A stretch of DNA of 64,000 nt from Candidatus Cloacimonadales bacterium (GCA_963663475.2 CAXXJV010000001.1:416001-480000), one strand, 5' to 3'. Counted from the stretch's first letter, positions 39,860 through 49,853 are shown. Made by a program: numbers and translations. Notes: a model not told the origin generated them from the sequence alone.

Positions 39860-41438
39860 ACATAATTTTTCTACAATATATTTCACTCTTGGCTTTTTAA
39901 TAATTATAGGAATATTTATAGGCTTTAGCCAGATACTTATCAAAAGTCTGAGAGAGGACTCAAAGAAAGCCCCCTCCTTATTTGCTAACTATATATATAA
40001 CACAAAATCATATCTTGATGAAGCTCAAAAGAACTACAATGAGATTGTTACCAGTTTAGAAGTAATAAACGATAATTACCGACAGGCAAATGAGAATTCT
40101 CAACTATTAGCCAAGATTTTTGATCGCTGGATTAGGTCTTTAAGTGAGTTTAAAGGGGAAGAAGATTTTTACGATTACTTCTCTTCAGAATTCACAGAAG
40201 ATTTAAGTTTCCCACTTATTCTAACTGATGATAAAAGAATACCACTTACTTGGCGGAATATAGAAATCCCTGAAATATCCTATCAAGATCTTTCTCGAGC
40301 TGAGAAGGATAGTCTTATTTCTCTCATAAATCGCATGGAAACTATAGATGTAGAAATTTCAGGAAAAATAATAAATTATGTTTATTACCTACCTATAAAA
40401 AACTATCTCAAAGAGCCTCCCCTACCACCCAAGAAATTTGAAGATTTTATAAAATCAATGGAACAACCAATCATTATTACTAACAAGAATAACAATCCTA
40501 TCATCTGGAACAATATTGAAGGCGTTAGTAATGATAATGATTATATATTTCTTTCAACTGCTGAGAAAAGCACATTAACTTCAGCTATTAATAAAATGAA
40601 TGCTATTCCTATTGAATCAGACAACCTAGATATAGGTCGGATATATGTAAGTGAACTACAGGCAATTAAGAATCTTAATATGTTTACAGTTGTTCAGTTA
40701 AGTTTGGTAATCATTTTCTTTTTAATCGGTTTTTTAGGTCTCAAGTTAATAAAGAGAACAGAAAATGATTTAATCTGGGTAGGACTAGCTAAAGAAACAG
40801 CTCACCAGCTAGGAACCCCCATTACTTCCTTAATAGGATGGATTGAATATTTAAAGATAAAGGAAGAGTTTCAAGACCCTGAAAATGCGGAAATGCTTGG
40901 TTTTATGGAGAATGATGTCTTCTATCTCAAGAAGATAGCCTCTAGATTTGGAAAGATTGGCTCTAAGGTTGAGCTTATTCCTTTAGAAATAGCTCCCTTA
41001 CTTGAAGAGAGTGTTAGTTATGTAAGACAGCGATTACCTCATTTAGGTAAAACTATAAGCTTAGAACTCAAGAGCAATGTAGGTCAAAGTAAGATAAAAA
41101 CAGAGAAAGAACTTTTTGGTTGGGTTCTTGAAAACTTACTCAAGAATTGTGTTGATGCACTAAGTGACAAAGGTGGCAAGATAGAAGTCGTAGCTAAAAT
41201 TAAAAATAACGATATCATAATTCTAGTTAGTGATAATGGGAAAGGCATTGATAAGCATTACATAAATAAGATTTTTGAAGCAGGAGTAACAACGAAAAAG
41301 AGAGGTTGGGGTTTAGGCCTAAGCCTAGTAAGAAGGATTATTGTTGATTATCATAAGGGTAAGATAAGAGTAGCCAAAAGTGTTGTAAATAAGGGAACTA
41401 CCTTTGAGATAGTCCTACCTATATACCAGGAGGTTTAA
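39840..41438 (+). CDS. Membrane sensor histidine kinase
   Basis: Two TMs, AKETAHQLGTP H-box, ENLLKN, DNGKG, GWGLGL; start uncertain (GTG 39840 or ATG 39801). Confidence 0.9.
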   Translation: MSKKLNRHNFSTIYFTLGFLIIIGIFIGFSQILIKSLREDSKKAPSLFANYIYNTKSYLDEAQKNYNEIVTSLEVINDNYRQANENSQLLAKIFDRWIRSLSEFKGEEDFYDYFSSEFTEDLSFPLILTDDKRIPLTWRNIEIPEISYQDLSRAEKDSLISLINRMETIDVEISGKIINYVYYLPIKNYLKEPPLPPKKFEDFIKSMEQPIIITNKNNNPIIWNNIEGVSNDNDYIFLSTAEKSTLTSAINKMNAIPIESDNLDIGRIYVSELQAIKNLNMFTVVQLSLVIIFFLIGFLGLKLIKRTENDLIWVGLAKETAHQLGTPITSLIGWIEYLKIKEEFQDPENAEMLGFMENDVFYLKKIASRFGKIGSKVELIPLEIAPLLEESVSYVRQRLPHLGKTISLELKSNVGQSKIKTEKELFGWVLENLLKNCVDALSDKGGKIEVVAKIKNNDIIILVSDNGKGIDKHYINKIFEAGVTTKKRGWGLGLSLVRRIIVDYHKGKIRVAKSVVNKGTTFEIVLPIYQEV

Positions 41439-42923
41439 GTGCAAAATGATTATGTAATAAATCGTGAGCAAATGTATAGTCTAGATAAAAGAACTATGCA
41501 TGAGTTTGCTATTGAATCGCCAATATTAATGGAAATAGCTGGCTTAAAATCTTGCCAAGCTATAGTTGATTTATATCCAGTTCATGACTATAATTATCTA
41601 ATAATGTGTTCTCATGGCAATAACAGTGGAGATGGTTTTGTTATTGCTCGTTGGTTGCATAATCTGAATGCTAATCTTGATATCCTCTTTGTAGGTGATA
41701 AAAAGAAAATGACTGCTGAAAGTTGGAATAACTACAAGCTCTGTCAACAACTCAAAATTAACTTTGTAGATAAGGATAGTTTTAGTTTTGATAAATTAGC
41801 ATCAAATACTATTATTATTGATGCCTTATTAGGAATAGGCTTTACAGGCCAACTTAAAAGTCCCCTGTTTGAATTAATAAGCCAAGCTAACCAGCTTTCT
41901 AATCCAAGAATAGCTATTGATATACCTTCTGGACTTGATGCTAATACAGGACAGACTAGTCTAGCTTTTAAAGCAGACTATACCTTCACCATGGCAGCTA
42001 TTAAACAAGGAATGCTCCTTAATAATGGACCAGCTGTCTGTGGCCAAATTCAGGTTATTGATATTTCTATTCCTGATGACTACTATCATGAACTTGATTT
42101 TTATGCTAAAGTAAACAAGACTATGATCTATCCTGAAAGATATCAACATTCTCATAAGGGACATTATGGTAAGATACTTATTATTGCTGGATCCGAATCA
42201 TTTTCTGGAGCTGCTATCCTGTCTGCAAAAGCATGCGTAAAAGCTGGAGCAGGCTTAGTTAAACTGCTTCATCCTCAAGGAATGGAATCTATCTTTGAAA
42301 CTGAGCTTACAGAAGTTATGACCAAAGGTGTTAGTGGTGAAACTAATATTGGGGATTTTTTACTTTGGGCAGACACAATTCTAATAGGACCAGGCTTAGG
42401 ACAAAGCAAGGATGCTGAACATCTGTTAATAAATGTGTTAAAACATTTTGAAAAGAATATTATTATTGATGCAGATGGGCTTAACTTACTAGCCAAGAAT
42501 AGACATCTCTTATTGAGAAGTAAAGCAAATATTTTACTAACACCTCATCTGGGAGAGTTTGCTAGACTTTGTGGCATTACTTTAACAGATTTAATGCAAG
42601 ATATAATCAGATATGCTAAAGCATTTGTGAAGGATTATCCAATTTCCCTTTTGCTTAAAAGCGCTAAGACTCTTTATTTGGATAGAGAAAAAGCTGTCTT
42701 TAATGTTTCAGGAAATGATGGTTTATCCACAGGTGGTTCAGGAGATGTTTTAGCTGGGATAATTAGCAGTTTTGTAGGCCAGAAGCTCCCCTTAGACCAA
42801 GCTGCAATAAGTGCTTCCTATTACTTAGGCAAGCTAGTAGAAAATATGGCTAGCCAACAAGCAACTTTTTCTATTATCCCTAGTGAGATTATTAAGTCTA
42901 TCGGAAAATACAATATAAGATAA
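41439..42923 (+). CDS. nnr: Bifunctional NAD(P)HX epimerase/dehydratase
   Basis: GNNSGDG, DIPSG, HKGHYG, GPGLG, DADGL, TPHLGE, GGSGDVLAG. Confidence 0.95.
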   Translation: MQNDYVINREQMYSLDKRTMHEFAIESPILMEIAGLKSCQAIVDLYPVHDYNYLIMCSHGNNSGDGFVIARWLHNLNANLDILFVGDKKKMTAESWNNYKLCQQLKINFVDKDSFSFDKLASNTIIIDALLGIGFTGQLKSPLFELISQANQLSNPRIAIDIPSGLDANTGQTSLAFKADYTFTMAAIKQGMLLNNGPAVCGQIQVIDISIPDDYYHELDFYAKVNKTMIYPERYQHSHKGHYGKILIIAGSESFSGAAILSAKACVKAGAGLVKLLHPQGMESIFETELTEVMTKGVSGETNIGDFLLWADTILIGPGLGQSKDAEHLLINVLKHFEKNIIIDADGLNLLAKNRHLLLRSKANILLTPHLGEFARLCGITLTDLMQDIIRYAKAFVKDYPISLLLKSAKTLYLDREKAVFNVSGNDGLSTGGSGDVLAGIISSFVGQKLPLDQAAISASYYLGKLVENMASQQATFSIIPSEIIKSIGKYNIR

Positions 42924-42944
42924 AACTTTTACTCAGGAGGTAAG

Positions 42945-44552
42945 GTGAGAAGGATAAGTTTTCTTATCTTCTTAATGGTGGTTTGGTTAGATAGCTATTG
43001 CTCAATAGTCATTAATGAAGTCATGTATGATGCTGTAGGAAGTGACCAGGGAAAAGAGTGGATAGAACTCTATAATAATGGTCAAGAGGATGTTGATCTA
43101 CAAGGTTGGTTACTCCAAGCAGGAGGTTCTAGTTTTACTGATATCCTAAGCTTTCCAAGTATTAATATTAGAGCCAAGTCCTTCTTTCTTATCAGCGAAC
43201 AAGCTAGTCCTCTAACTAATTATATTGCAGAATTACATTTTGAGAATGGTGGTTCTACCTCCGATGGCATCCGAATACTTAATCCTAGAGACCAATATAC
43301 AGATACTATTCTCTACGATAGTCCAAACACTAACAACTTAGTTGGAGATAACGGAGACTATGATTGCTTATGCCCTGCAGTCACACCTGGCCAGTCTTTA
43401 GCTAGGATCTCTGATGGAGTAGATACAGATTGTCCAGAAGACTGGTTAGCCACTAGCCAATCAAGTCCTGGAAATTCAAATGAGATTGTAAAGATTGTAG
43501 AAATGACATCCTGCAAGGCACTAATATCAACTGATAATATTGAAGTATCCACAATTATCCTCAACTTATCCACATTTAAAGTGGATAAGTCTGATTTAAG
43601 TATTAAAATCATCTTTAATAATGAGTTAAAATATAATAGCCCATTATCAGAGATTCCGCCTCTAGATAGCCTAAACATCTGTCTTCTAATAGAAAATGAG
43701 AATTATCAAAATGGTCAGTTAAGTATAGAACTTGTTAATAATACAAATGTTGATATTGTGGATAACTTGTGGGAAACTCTAATATGCTATGACATCCCAG
43801 ACTTGCAATTATCGGAAATTATGCATTCTCCCCTGACTGGTAATTCTGAATGGATAGAAGTTAAACTACTTGAAGATATTAAGGATCTACAAGTAAGATT
43901 ATCTGATTCTGCAGGTAATTATGCCCAAGCAGTGATTTCTGGTTATGCTGGTGATTATTTGGTTATTGCCCAAGATAAGAATAAACTACTTGCGACCTTC
44001 TCAGTTAGTGATTCTTCTTTAGTTATGCAGCCTACTACTTGGCCTAGGCTAAATAATAATGGAGATAAGATTAATCTTGAAATCTATAATACCCGCATTG
44101 ATTCTCTTATCTATGGACCAAATTCAACTTCCAAAGGTTACTCTTTAGAATATCACGAAACTAGTCAGCAATGGAGTCAGTGCACTTTTCCTACCAGAGC
44201 AAGTCCAACTAAAGAAAACTCTCTGCCAACTCCTAACCATGATATTAAAATAAACAATATCCAAGTTGCTAATAGTTTAATCTCTAGAAAACAAGATAAG
44301 TTATTAAGAATAGACTTTGCATCTGAAGATGAAAATTGCTTTCTATCATTAAAGATATTTGATATCAGAGGTAAAGAAATTACTGTAATAAAATCAGATA
44401 TAGCAGGGAAATATGGTGGTCAATTGGCTTGGAATGGCTATTTACAAGGTAAGTATTTAGCTAGCGGTTTATATCCAGCAGTAATTAGATTAAATTCAGA
44501 AAATGGCAGACTAATAGCAGAAAAAAAGACATTAATCACGATAAATAGATAA
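42945..44552 (+). CDS. Exported lamin-tail-domain protein with FlgD/T9SS-like C-terminal domain
   Basis: INEVMYD...EWIELYN and a second SEIM...EWIEV LTD; C-terminal KIFDIRGKEI...WNG...LASGLY. Confidence 0.8.
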   Translation: MRRISFLIFLMVVWLDSYCSIVINEVMYDAVGSDQGKEWIELYNNGQEDVDLQGWLLQAGGSSFTDILSFPSINIRAKSFFLISEQASPLTNYIAELHFENGGSTSDGIRILNPRDQYTDTILYDSPNTNNLVGDNGDYDCLCPAVTPGQSLARISDGVDTDCPEDWLATSQSSPGNSNEIVKIVEMTSCKALISTDNIEVSTIILNLSTFKVDKSDLSIKIIFNNELKYNSPLSEIPPLDSLNICLLIENENYQNGQLSIELVNNTNVDIVDNLWETLICYDIPDLQLSEIMHSPLTGNSEWIEVKLLEDIKDLQVRLSDSAGNYAQAVISGYAGDYLVIAQDKNKLLATFSVSDSSLVMQPTTWPRLNNNGDKINLEIYNTRIDSLIYGPNSTSKGYSLEYHETSQQWSQCTFPTRASPTKENSLPTPNHDIKINNIQVANSLISRKQDKLLRIDFASEDENCFLSLKIFDIRGKEITVIKSDIAGKYGGQLAWNGYLQGKYLASGLYPAVIRLNSENGRLIAEKKTLITINR

Positions 44553-44678
44553 AAGCATTGACAAAAGCTAGAGATAAAATTTTTTTGACATTAGAAGGGA
44601 GTCGAAAGATATATGATAATGAAAAATAAAATAGTGGTGTTTTTAATTTTTAGTGTTTCTAAAAATATATATAATGAT

Positions 44679-44719
44679 AAAATAGCATTTACTCATTAGG
44701 GTAGATGCTATTTTTTTTT
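44679..44719 (+). terminator. Terminator-like hairpin immediately upstream of nadC
   Basis: AAAATAGCATTTAC...GTAGATGCTATTTT followed by a T-run. Confidence 0.65.
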
Positions 44720-44738
44720 CAAGAAATGGGGTATAAAT

Positions 44739-45563
44739 ATGGATATTAAAGAATTAGTTAAACAAAGCTTGCTAGAGGATATTGGAAGCGGTGATATTAC
44801 AACTGACTCCTTAGAATTAGTTAAGACTATCACTCAAGCTACTATCGTAGCCAAAGAAGATGGAGTAATTGCTGGTTTGAATATCTTTGCTGAAGTATTC
44901 AAACAAGTTGACCCCGATATTAACATCACCTTGTACAAAAGAGATGGTGATAAAGTACATAATAAGGAAGAAATTGCTAAGTTACAAGGCAATCCAATGT
45001 CCTTACTTAAAGGAGAAAGAGTAGCCCTTAACTTTATCCAAAGAATGAGTGGTATTGCTAGTCTCACAGCTAAGATGGTTGAGCAGATAGCAGGCACTCA
45101 TGCCAAACTCTTAGATACTAGAAAAACAACTCCCATGTTACGTTCTCTAGAGAAGTACTCAGTTAAAGTTGCCGGTGGTTATAATCATCGTTTTGGACTT
45201 TATGATATGATAATGCTGAAAGAAAACCATATCAGGGCTGCTGGTTCGATTAGCAAGGCTGTAGAAATGGTTAAGAAAAATAACTGTACATACAAAATAG
45301 AAGTTGAAGTAACTAACTTAGAAGAACTTAAAGAAGCTGTAGAAGCAAAAGTTGATAGAGTTATGCTAGATAATATGTCTTTGGAAAAAATGAAAGAGGC
45401 TGTTGAACTTTACCACGGCAAAGTAGAGTTAGAAGCTTCAGGTAATGTAAGATTAGAGACAATACGAGAAATTGCAGAGACTGGGGTAGATTTTATCTCA
45501 AGTGGAGCAATTACTCATTCTTATAAATCGTTAGATATTAGTTTATTATTCAGGGAGAACTAG
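44739..45563 (+). CDS. nadC: Quinolinate phosphoribosyltransferase
   Basis: DTRKT, NHRFGL, LKENH, EVEV, MLDN, EASG. Confidence 0.97.
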   Translation: MDIKELVKQSLLEDIGSGDITTDSLELVKTITQATIVAKEDGVIAGLNIFAEVFKQVDPDINITLYKRDGDKVHNKEEIAKLQGNPMSLLKGERVALNFIQRMSGIASLTAKMVEQIAGTHAKLLDTRKTTPMLRSLEKYSVKVAGGYNHRFGLYDMIMLKENHIRAAGSISKAVEMVKKNNCTYKIEVEVTNLEELKEAVEAKVDRVMLDNMSLEKMKEAVELYHGKVELEASGNVRLETIREIAETGVDFISSGAITHSYKSLDISLLFREN

Positions 45564-46274
45564 ATGAAGAAGAAAGTTGAATGTTTGATTGAGATGCAAA
45601 AGTATGATGACAGAATTGCTGAGAAAGAGACACTTAAATCAGAGTTACCTAAACAATTAAAAAGTTTGATTGAGGAAGAAGCAGAAGCTAAAGCAGCTGT
45701 AGCTGAGACTATTGAAGATATTAACAAGCTAGTAATTCTTCAAAAGGATAAAGAAATTGAAATCAAACAAAATAAAGAAAAAGCAGCTAAATATGAAGAA
45801 CAATTAGCTTCAATTAAAACAAACAAAGAGTATAAAGCTCTTAATAGCGAAATTGCCCTTCTAGCTAGCTTAAATTCTGAACTAGAATCAGAAATTATTT
45901 CCTTAATGGAACAAGAAAATCAATTAAAACAAATTAAAGTAGAACGTGAAAAAGTCTTACAGGAAAAACAAAAGAATCTTTCTGACCAAGAAGATGTTTT
46001 AAAAGATCAAATTGCTGGTCTTGATGGAGAAATCGAAAAGTTCAAAAAAGAAAGAAACTCTCTTGCTATTGATTTACCTAAAAATATGATCAAGCAGTAT
46101 AAGATTCTTATTATAAATCGTAATAGAAAAGCTGTTGCTTTTGAACAAGAAGGTGCTTGTTCTGCTTGCGGTTTTAAAATAAGACCTCAGCTTATTATCG
46201 AACTTGAAAAACAAGATAAAATCCTCTTCTGCGAAAACTGTAATAGATTCTTAGTTAGAAAATCAATTCATTAA
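45564..46274 (+). CDS. Coiled-coil C4 zinc-ribbon protein (DUF164/CT398-like)
   Basis: KTNKEYKAL, long coiled coil, CSAC...CENC. Confidence 0.9.
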   Translation: MKKKVECLIEMQKYDDRIAEKETLKSELPKQLKSLIEEEAEAKAAVAETIEDINKLVILQKDKEIEIKQNKEKAAKYEEQLASIKTNKEYKALNSEIALLASLNSELESEIISLMEQENQLKQIKVEREKVLQEKQKNLSDQEDVLKDQIAGLDGEIEKFKKERNSLAIDLPKNMIKQYKILIINRNRKAVAFEQEGACSACGFKIRPQLIIELEKQDKILFCENCNRFLVRKSIH

Positions 46275-46288
46275 ATAAATCTTTTTTA

Positions 46289-46684
46289 GCTAAAAGAGGA
46301 TAAAATGTCTGCGTGCTTTGCTTTGGCAAGTCACGAGGAAAGTCCGGACACCATAGGGTAGGATGCTTCTTAACGGGAAGTCTTGGCAACAAGAAGCTAG
46401 CTCCACAGAAAGAAACCGCTTAGATACGAAAGTTGAATAAGTAAGGGTGAAAAGGTAGTGTAAGAGACTACCAGATGCCTTGGTGACAAGGTATGCTCGG
46501 AATGCCTCATCAGGTGCAATGCCAAATAGGGGAGCTTGAAGTGACCCGCTTCTATAACTCTCGGGTAGGCAGCTTAAATCGGCTCATTGAGACATTAGTG
46601 TATGGCAACATCCGATTTAGATGAATAGACATTATGCTACTTCTTAGGTAGTATACAGAATCCGGCTTAATATCTTCTTTTAGC
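46289..46684 (+). ncRNA. rnpB: RNase P RNA (type A-like)
   Basis: GAGGAAAGTCC, ACAGAAA..ACCGC, AGGGTGAAA, GGGTAGG, AGATGAAT, ACAGAATCCGGCTTA; 14-bp P1 GCTAAAAGAGGATA/TATCTTCTTTTAGC. Confidence 0.97.
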
Positions 46685-46701
46685 ATTAGTATATTATTAT
46701 T

Positions 46702-46734
46702 AAGCTTACGAAATTAATCTCGTAAGCTTTTTTT
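46702..46734 (+). terminator. rnpB terminator
   Basis: AAGCTTACG/CGTAAGCTT stem plus T-run. Confidence 0.85.
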
Positions 46735-46916
46735 ACAGGCATGTGGATACTTAATTTTTTCATCCAGCCACTCTACTTGAGAGAGAGTCTTAAAATGAGG
46801 CGTAATAATAGAAGAAAGCCACAGCCCAATATGTTAAAAATGACTCAAGTTCAAGTCTAGTGGGAATAATATAGGAAAATGAGAATATTTCATTAGAATA
46901 TTGATTCATCAAAAAT

Positions 46917-47014
46917 CCCTGAAAGGGATAAAATAATTTAGCCCAGGGTAAGATGCTGAAAGTATCGCAAGCCTGGGTAATGATGGCTAGCCCAAAGATA
47001 TTACTCTGTAAGGG
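46917..47014. repeat. REP-like element (CCCTGAAAGGG...AGCCCAGGG...CCTGGG)
   Basis: Nested short palindromes in an intergenic repeat cluster. Confidence 0.5.
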
Positions 47015-47081
47015 TTTACTAAAATGATAAATAATGTATTATCCCAAATAGTACAGTAGAGCTTGGTGAGTTTCCTTCTAG

Positions 47082-47160
47082 CATCCTTAATCCTTCCTTT
47101 ACAGTCTTTCGATGAAAGTCCAGGTTTCATCGAAAGACTGTAAAGGAAGGGTTAAGGATG
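47082..47160. repeat. Long palindrome, family 2, copy 2
   Basis: Same 26-bp stem as at 27463, extended to 36 bp with one G-T pair; preceded by a family 1 left end (47039-47070). Confidence 0.9.
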
Positions 47161-47315
47161 AAATAAGCAAGAAGATGTTTCTTAGGAATCAATCCAAGCT
47201 TGAAATAAATGGGAAAAAATATTGACAATCACATTAAGATAATATTTTTATAGTAATTGGATTCTCTGAACAAATTACATCTGATAATGAAAAATAAAAT
47301 ATGAGAGGGTATAAA

Positions 47316-48035
47316 ATGTCTAAGTTAAGATTATTGATTATTGCAATTTCATTCATAATGCTGATAGGATGTCATGTAAACCCATATAAGGTATATGATT
47401 TAACACCAGCTGATAAAAATATGGAAAGCATGTGGTTAAATGGAAAAGAGCTTGTTAAGCTTAGTGGTGATAAGGCTGATATTATTGTTAATTATGACAC
47501 TTCAGATAATGGGATGCTAATCTTTGATCTCTCAGTTCTAAATAAGACCACTGAAACTATTTTAATTTCTCCTACTGATTTCTCTTGCAAGACTAATAAT
47601 AGATTAAATGAAGTCAGGGAAATTGAGGCAATTGATCCTGAACTTAAGATTAAAGATTATAATAAAAAAATTGAAAAATTAAGAGCAAGATCTAAGGCAA
47701 AAGCAAGAGATCATTTAGTATTCTCAATATTTGAAGTGGTTGATAACTTTACTTATAGCAATCCTGAAGAAAAAGAGCAAGCAAAAGAGGATTATGCAGA
47801 GCAAGAAGAAAGACGCAATAAAGCACTTTCTCAGATTAATTCTCAAATGCAAGATGCCAAAGCAAAAAGACAATCTTTTGAAGTTGAAGCTCTTAGGAAA
47901 ACTTCTTTAATAGCAGGAAACAAGATTGGAGGTAAACTTTATTTTCCAGTTCGAGACTCCCTAACTGAATTTTCTTTAGTAATCCCAATTGGACAAGAAG
48001 TATTTGTTATCCCCTATGCGATAGAAATATTTTAA
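47316..48035 (+). CDS. Hypothetical lipoprotein
   Basis: Lipobox LIGC after a hydrophobic signal; ATG at 47316 after GAGGG; central coiled coil. Confidence 0.7.
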   Translation: MSKLRLLIIAISFIMLIGCHVNPYKVYDLTPADKNMESMWLNGKELVKLSGDKADIIVNYDTSDNGMLIFDLSVLNKTTETILISPTDFSCKTNNRLNEVREIEAIDPELKIKDYNKKIEKLRARSKAKARDHLVFSIFEVVDNFTYSNPEEKEQAKEDYAEQEERRNKALSQINSQMQDAKAKRQSFEVEALRKTSLIAGNKIGGKLYFPVRDSLTEFSLVIPIGQEVFVIPYAIEIF

Positions 48036-48056
48036 CCGAATGGTAGAGTAAAACTT

Positions 48057-48226
48057 TATCCCAGATAGTGTAGTAGAATTTTAGTGAAGAATGCAGATTA
48101 TTCTAGCAAAATAGCTTGCAGAATTCTGACCCATATAATATATATATTCTAAAGAATTATGTAAGTTACTTTTGCAAAAGAAGATATTGCTATTTTCAAA
48201 GATCTATTGCATTATTTTGGCTTTAA
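48057..48226. mobile_element. MITE family 1, full-length (~170 bp), preceded by a partial left end at 48032
   Basis: TIRs plus internal inverted arms GCAAAATAGCTT...AAGTTACTTTTGC. Confidence 0.8.
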
Positions 48227-48233
48227 TAAAAAC

Positions 48234-48295
48234 TATGGACTTATGGCATCCTTGCCATAAGAAAAATGTGGAAGCAAGGATGCTTCCACTCCATA
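48234..48295. repeat. REP-like double-hairpin element (family 3)
   Basis: TATGGA..ATGGCATCCTTGCCAT..GTGGAAGCAAGGATGCTTCCAC..TCCATA, homologous to 27375-27433. Confidence 0.8.
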
Positions 48296-48330
48296 AGATC
48301 AAATACATTATTGGGATTATTTTCATAGAA

Positions 48331-48358
48331 AAAGAGCTTTTGTCACCATAAGCTCTTT
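48331..48358. terminator. Bidirectional terminator-like hairpin downstream of ODC
   Basis: AAAGAGCTT/AAGCTCTTT stem. Confidence 0.6.
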
Positions 48359-48374
48359 ATTTATTGAATATATA

Positions 48375-49535
48375 TTAATCGATTACATAAGTTGTTAGAG
48401 GTGGGAAACCATTAAATTCAATTGAACTATAGGAGGTAGTATATGCTCCAGTTGATAGGAAATAAACTCTATCACCTATAGCCAAATTTAGAGGAAGGTC
48501 ATATTTAAAATCTTCATACATTATATCCTGAGAATCACAGGTTGGTCCTGCCAAAATACACTCTTCAGTTTCTCCCCGTCTTTCAGTGAAAATTGGGAAC
48601 TTAATAGATTCATCAAGAGTTTCAATCAAACCACTGAATTTGCCTATATCAGTAAATATCCAGCGATTTAAGGCTGTTCGAGACTTTCTTGATATCAGAA
48701 CTACTTCACTAACAATAACGCCTGCATCAGCCACTAATGAACGACCTGGTTCTATCAATATTTCAGGAATATCATCACCAAAGTCTTCGTTTAAATATCT
48801 TTTAATTTCTGAGGCATATACTTCCAACTCATTAGTTCTAGAAGTATAGTTAGCTGGGAAACCACCGCCCATATTAATCATTTTTAATTTAATGCCTTCT
48901 TCTTCTTCAAGCCAAGAGAAGATATACCTAACTTTGGCAATTGCTGCATCCCAAGATGCAATATCACGTTGTTGAGAACCTACATGGAAGGATATACCAT
49001 AAGGTTCAAGACCTAATTTTTTAGCAAGAACAATTAAATCACATGCCATATCAGATTGACAGCCAAATTTTCTGGAAAGAGGCCAGTCTGCTGTTTCAAC
49101 CCCTTCAGTTAATATACGAACAAAAACTCTTGAGCCTGGAGCAGCTTTAGCAATATTTCTCAAATCAGCTTCTGAATCAGAAACAAAGAGTCTGACACCA
49201 GCCTCGTAATGTTCACGGATATCTTTAGCTTTTTTGATAGTATTCCCATAGCTTATTCTATCAGCAGAAATACCTAGAGCAAGAAGTTTTCTTAATTCAT
49301 AGATTGATGCTACATCAAAATTTGAACCTAAGTCTCTCAAGAGACTTAACACTTGGGTAGCTGGATTAGCTTTGACAGCATAGTGGATTTTAGCGTAGGG
49401 AAAGTTTCTAGTAAGCTCTTCATACTTTTCTTTAATTGTACTTAATTTGACTACTAAGAATGGAGTTTCTTTGTCTTCAGAAAAGGCAAGTAATTTTTGC
49501 CATTCAGCTTTGGTAATATAGGAATCTCTTAACAT
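48375..49535 (-). CDS. Fold-type III PLP ornithine (lysine/ornithine) decarboxylase
   Basis: YAVKAN, FDVAS, LSRKFG, SFHVGSQ, GGGFP, EPGR, GPTCDS, GAYT, FNGF. Confidence 0.93.
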   Translation of the reverse strand: MLRDSYITKAEWQKLLAFSEDKETPFLVVKLSTIKEKYEELTRNFPYAKIHYAVKANPATQVLSLLRDLGSNFDVASIYELRKLLALGISADRISYGNTIKKAKDIREHYEAGVRLFVSDSEADLRNIAKAAPGSRVFVRILTEGVETADWPLSRKFGCQSDMACDLIVLAKKLGLEPYGISFHVGSQQRDIASWDAAIAKVRYIFSWLEEEEGIKLKMINMGGGFPANYTSRTNELEVYASEIKRYLNEDFGDDIPEILIEPGRSLVADAGVIVSEVVLISRKSRTALNRWIFTDIGKFSGLIETLDESIKFPIFTERRGETEECILAGPTCDSQDIMYEDFKYDLPLNLAIGDRVYFLSTGAYTTSYSSIEFNGFPPLTTYVID

Positions 49536-49562
49536 GATAAATCCTCCGATTTTAATATTTTT

Positions 49563-49649
49563 TTATAAAAACCCGAGGAGGTTTTTGATTAGTAAAGACA
49601 TGTAGTTAGGCGGTTGATATCTAACACCGCTTAGAAGTCTATTACTCAT
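49563..49649 (-). CDS. Candidate 28-aa leader peptide of ornithine decarboxylase (MSNRLLSGVRYQPPNYMSLLIKNLLGFL)
   Basis: GGAGG 7 nt before ATG; stop lies 27 nt before the ODC ATG; 3' end forms a hairpin containing CCTCC. Confidence 0.55.
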   Translation of the reverse strand: MSNRLLSGVRYQPPNYMSLLIKNLLGFL

Positions 49650-49853
49650 AGCATTTCCTCCAATTTTAAGTTCTTGAAATACTTTCAAATTGCAAGAGGT
49701 ATTTTTTAGCAAGAAAAAAAATAATTATTTTTATAAGTAGAGATATCTTCTTTATTTATAGTTAATTAAAGCTTGACACTTTCTTAGAAATATATTAAAA
49801 AGTTTAATAGAAATTTCCTAAAACTAAAACATTATAAGAGAGGATTTAAAAAG

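Noticed and set aside
45564-46684. DUF164 gene next to rnpB as a novelty
   Set aside because: Commonly seen gene order
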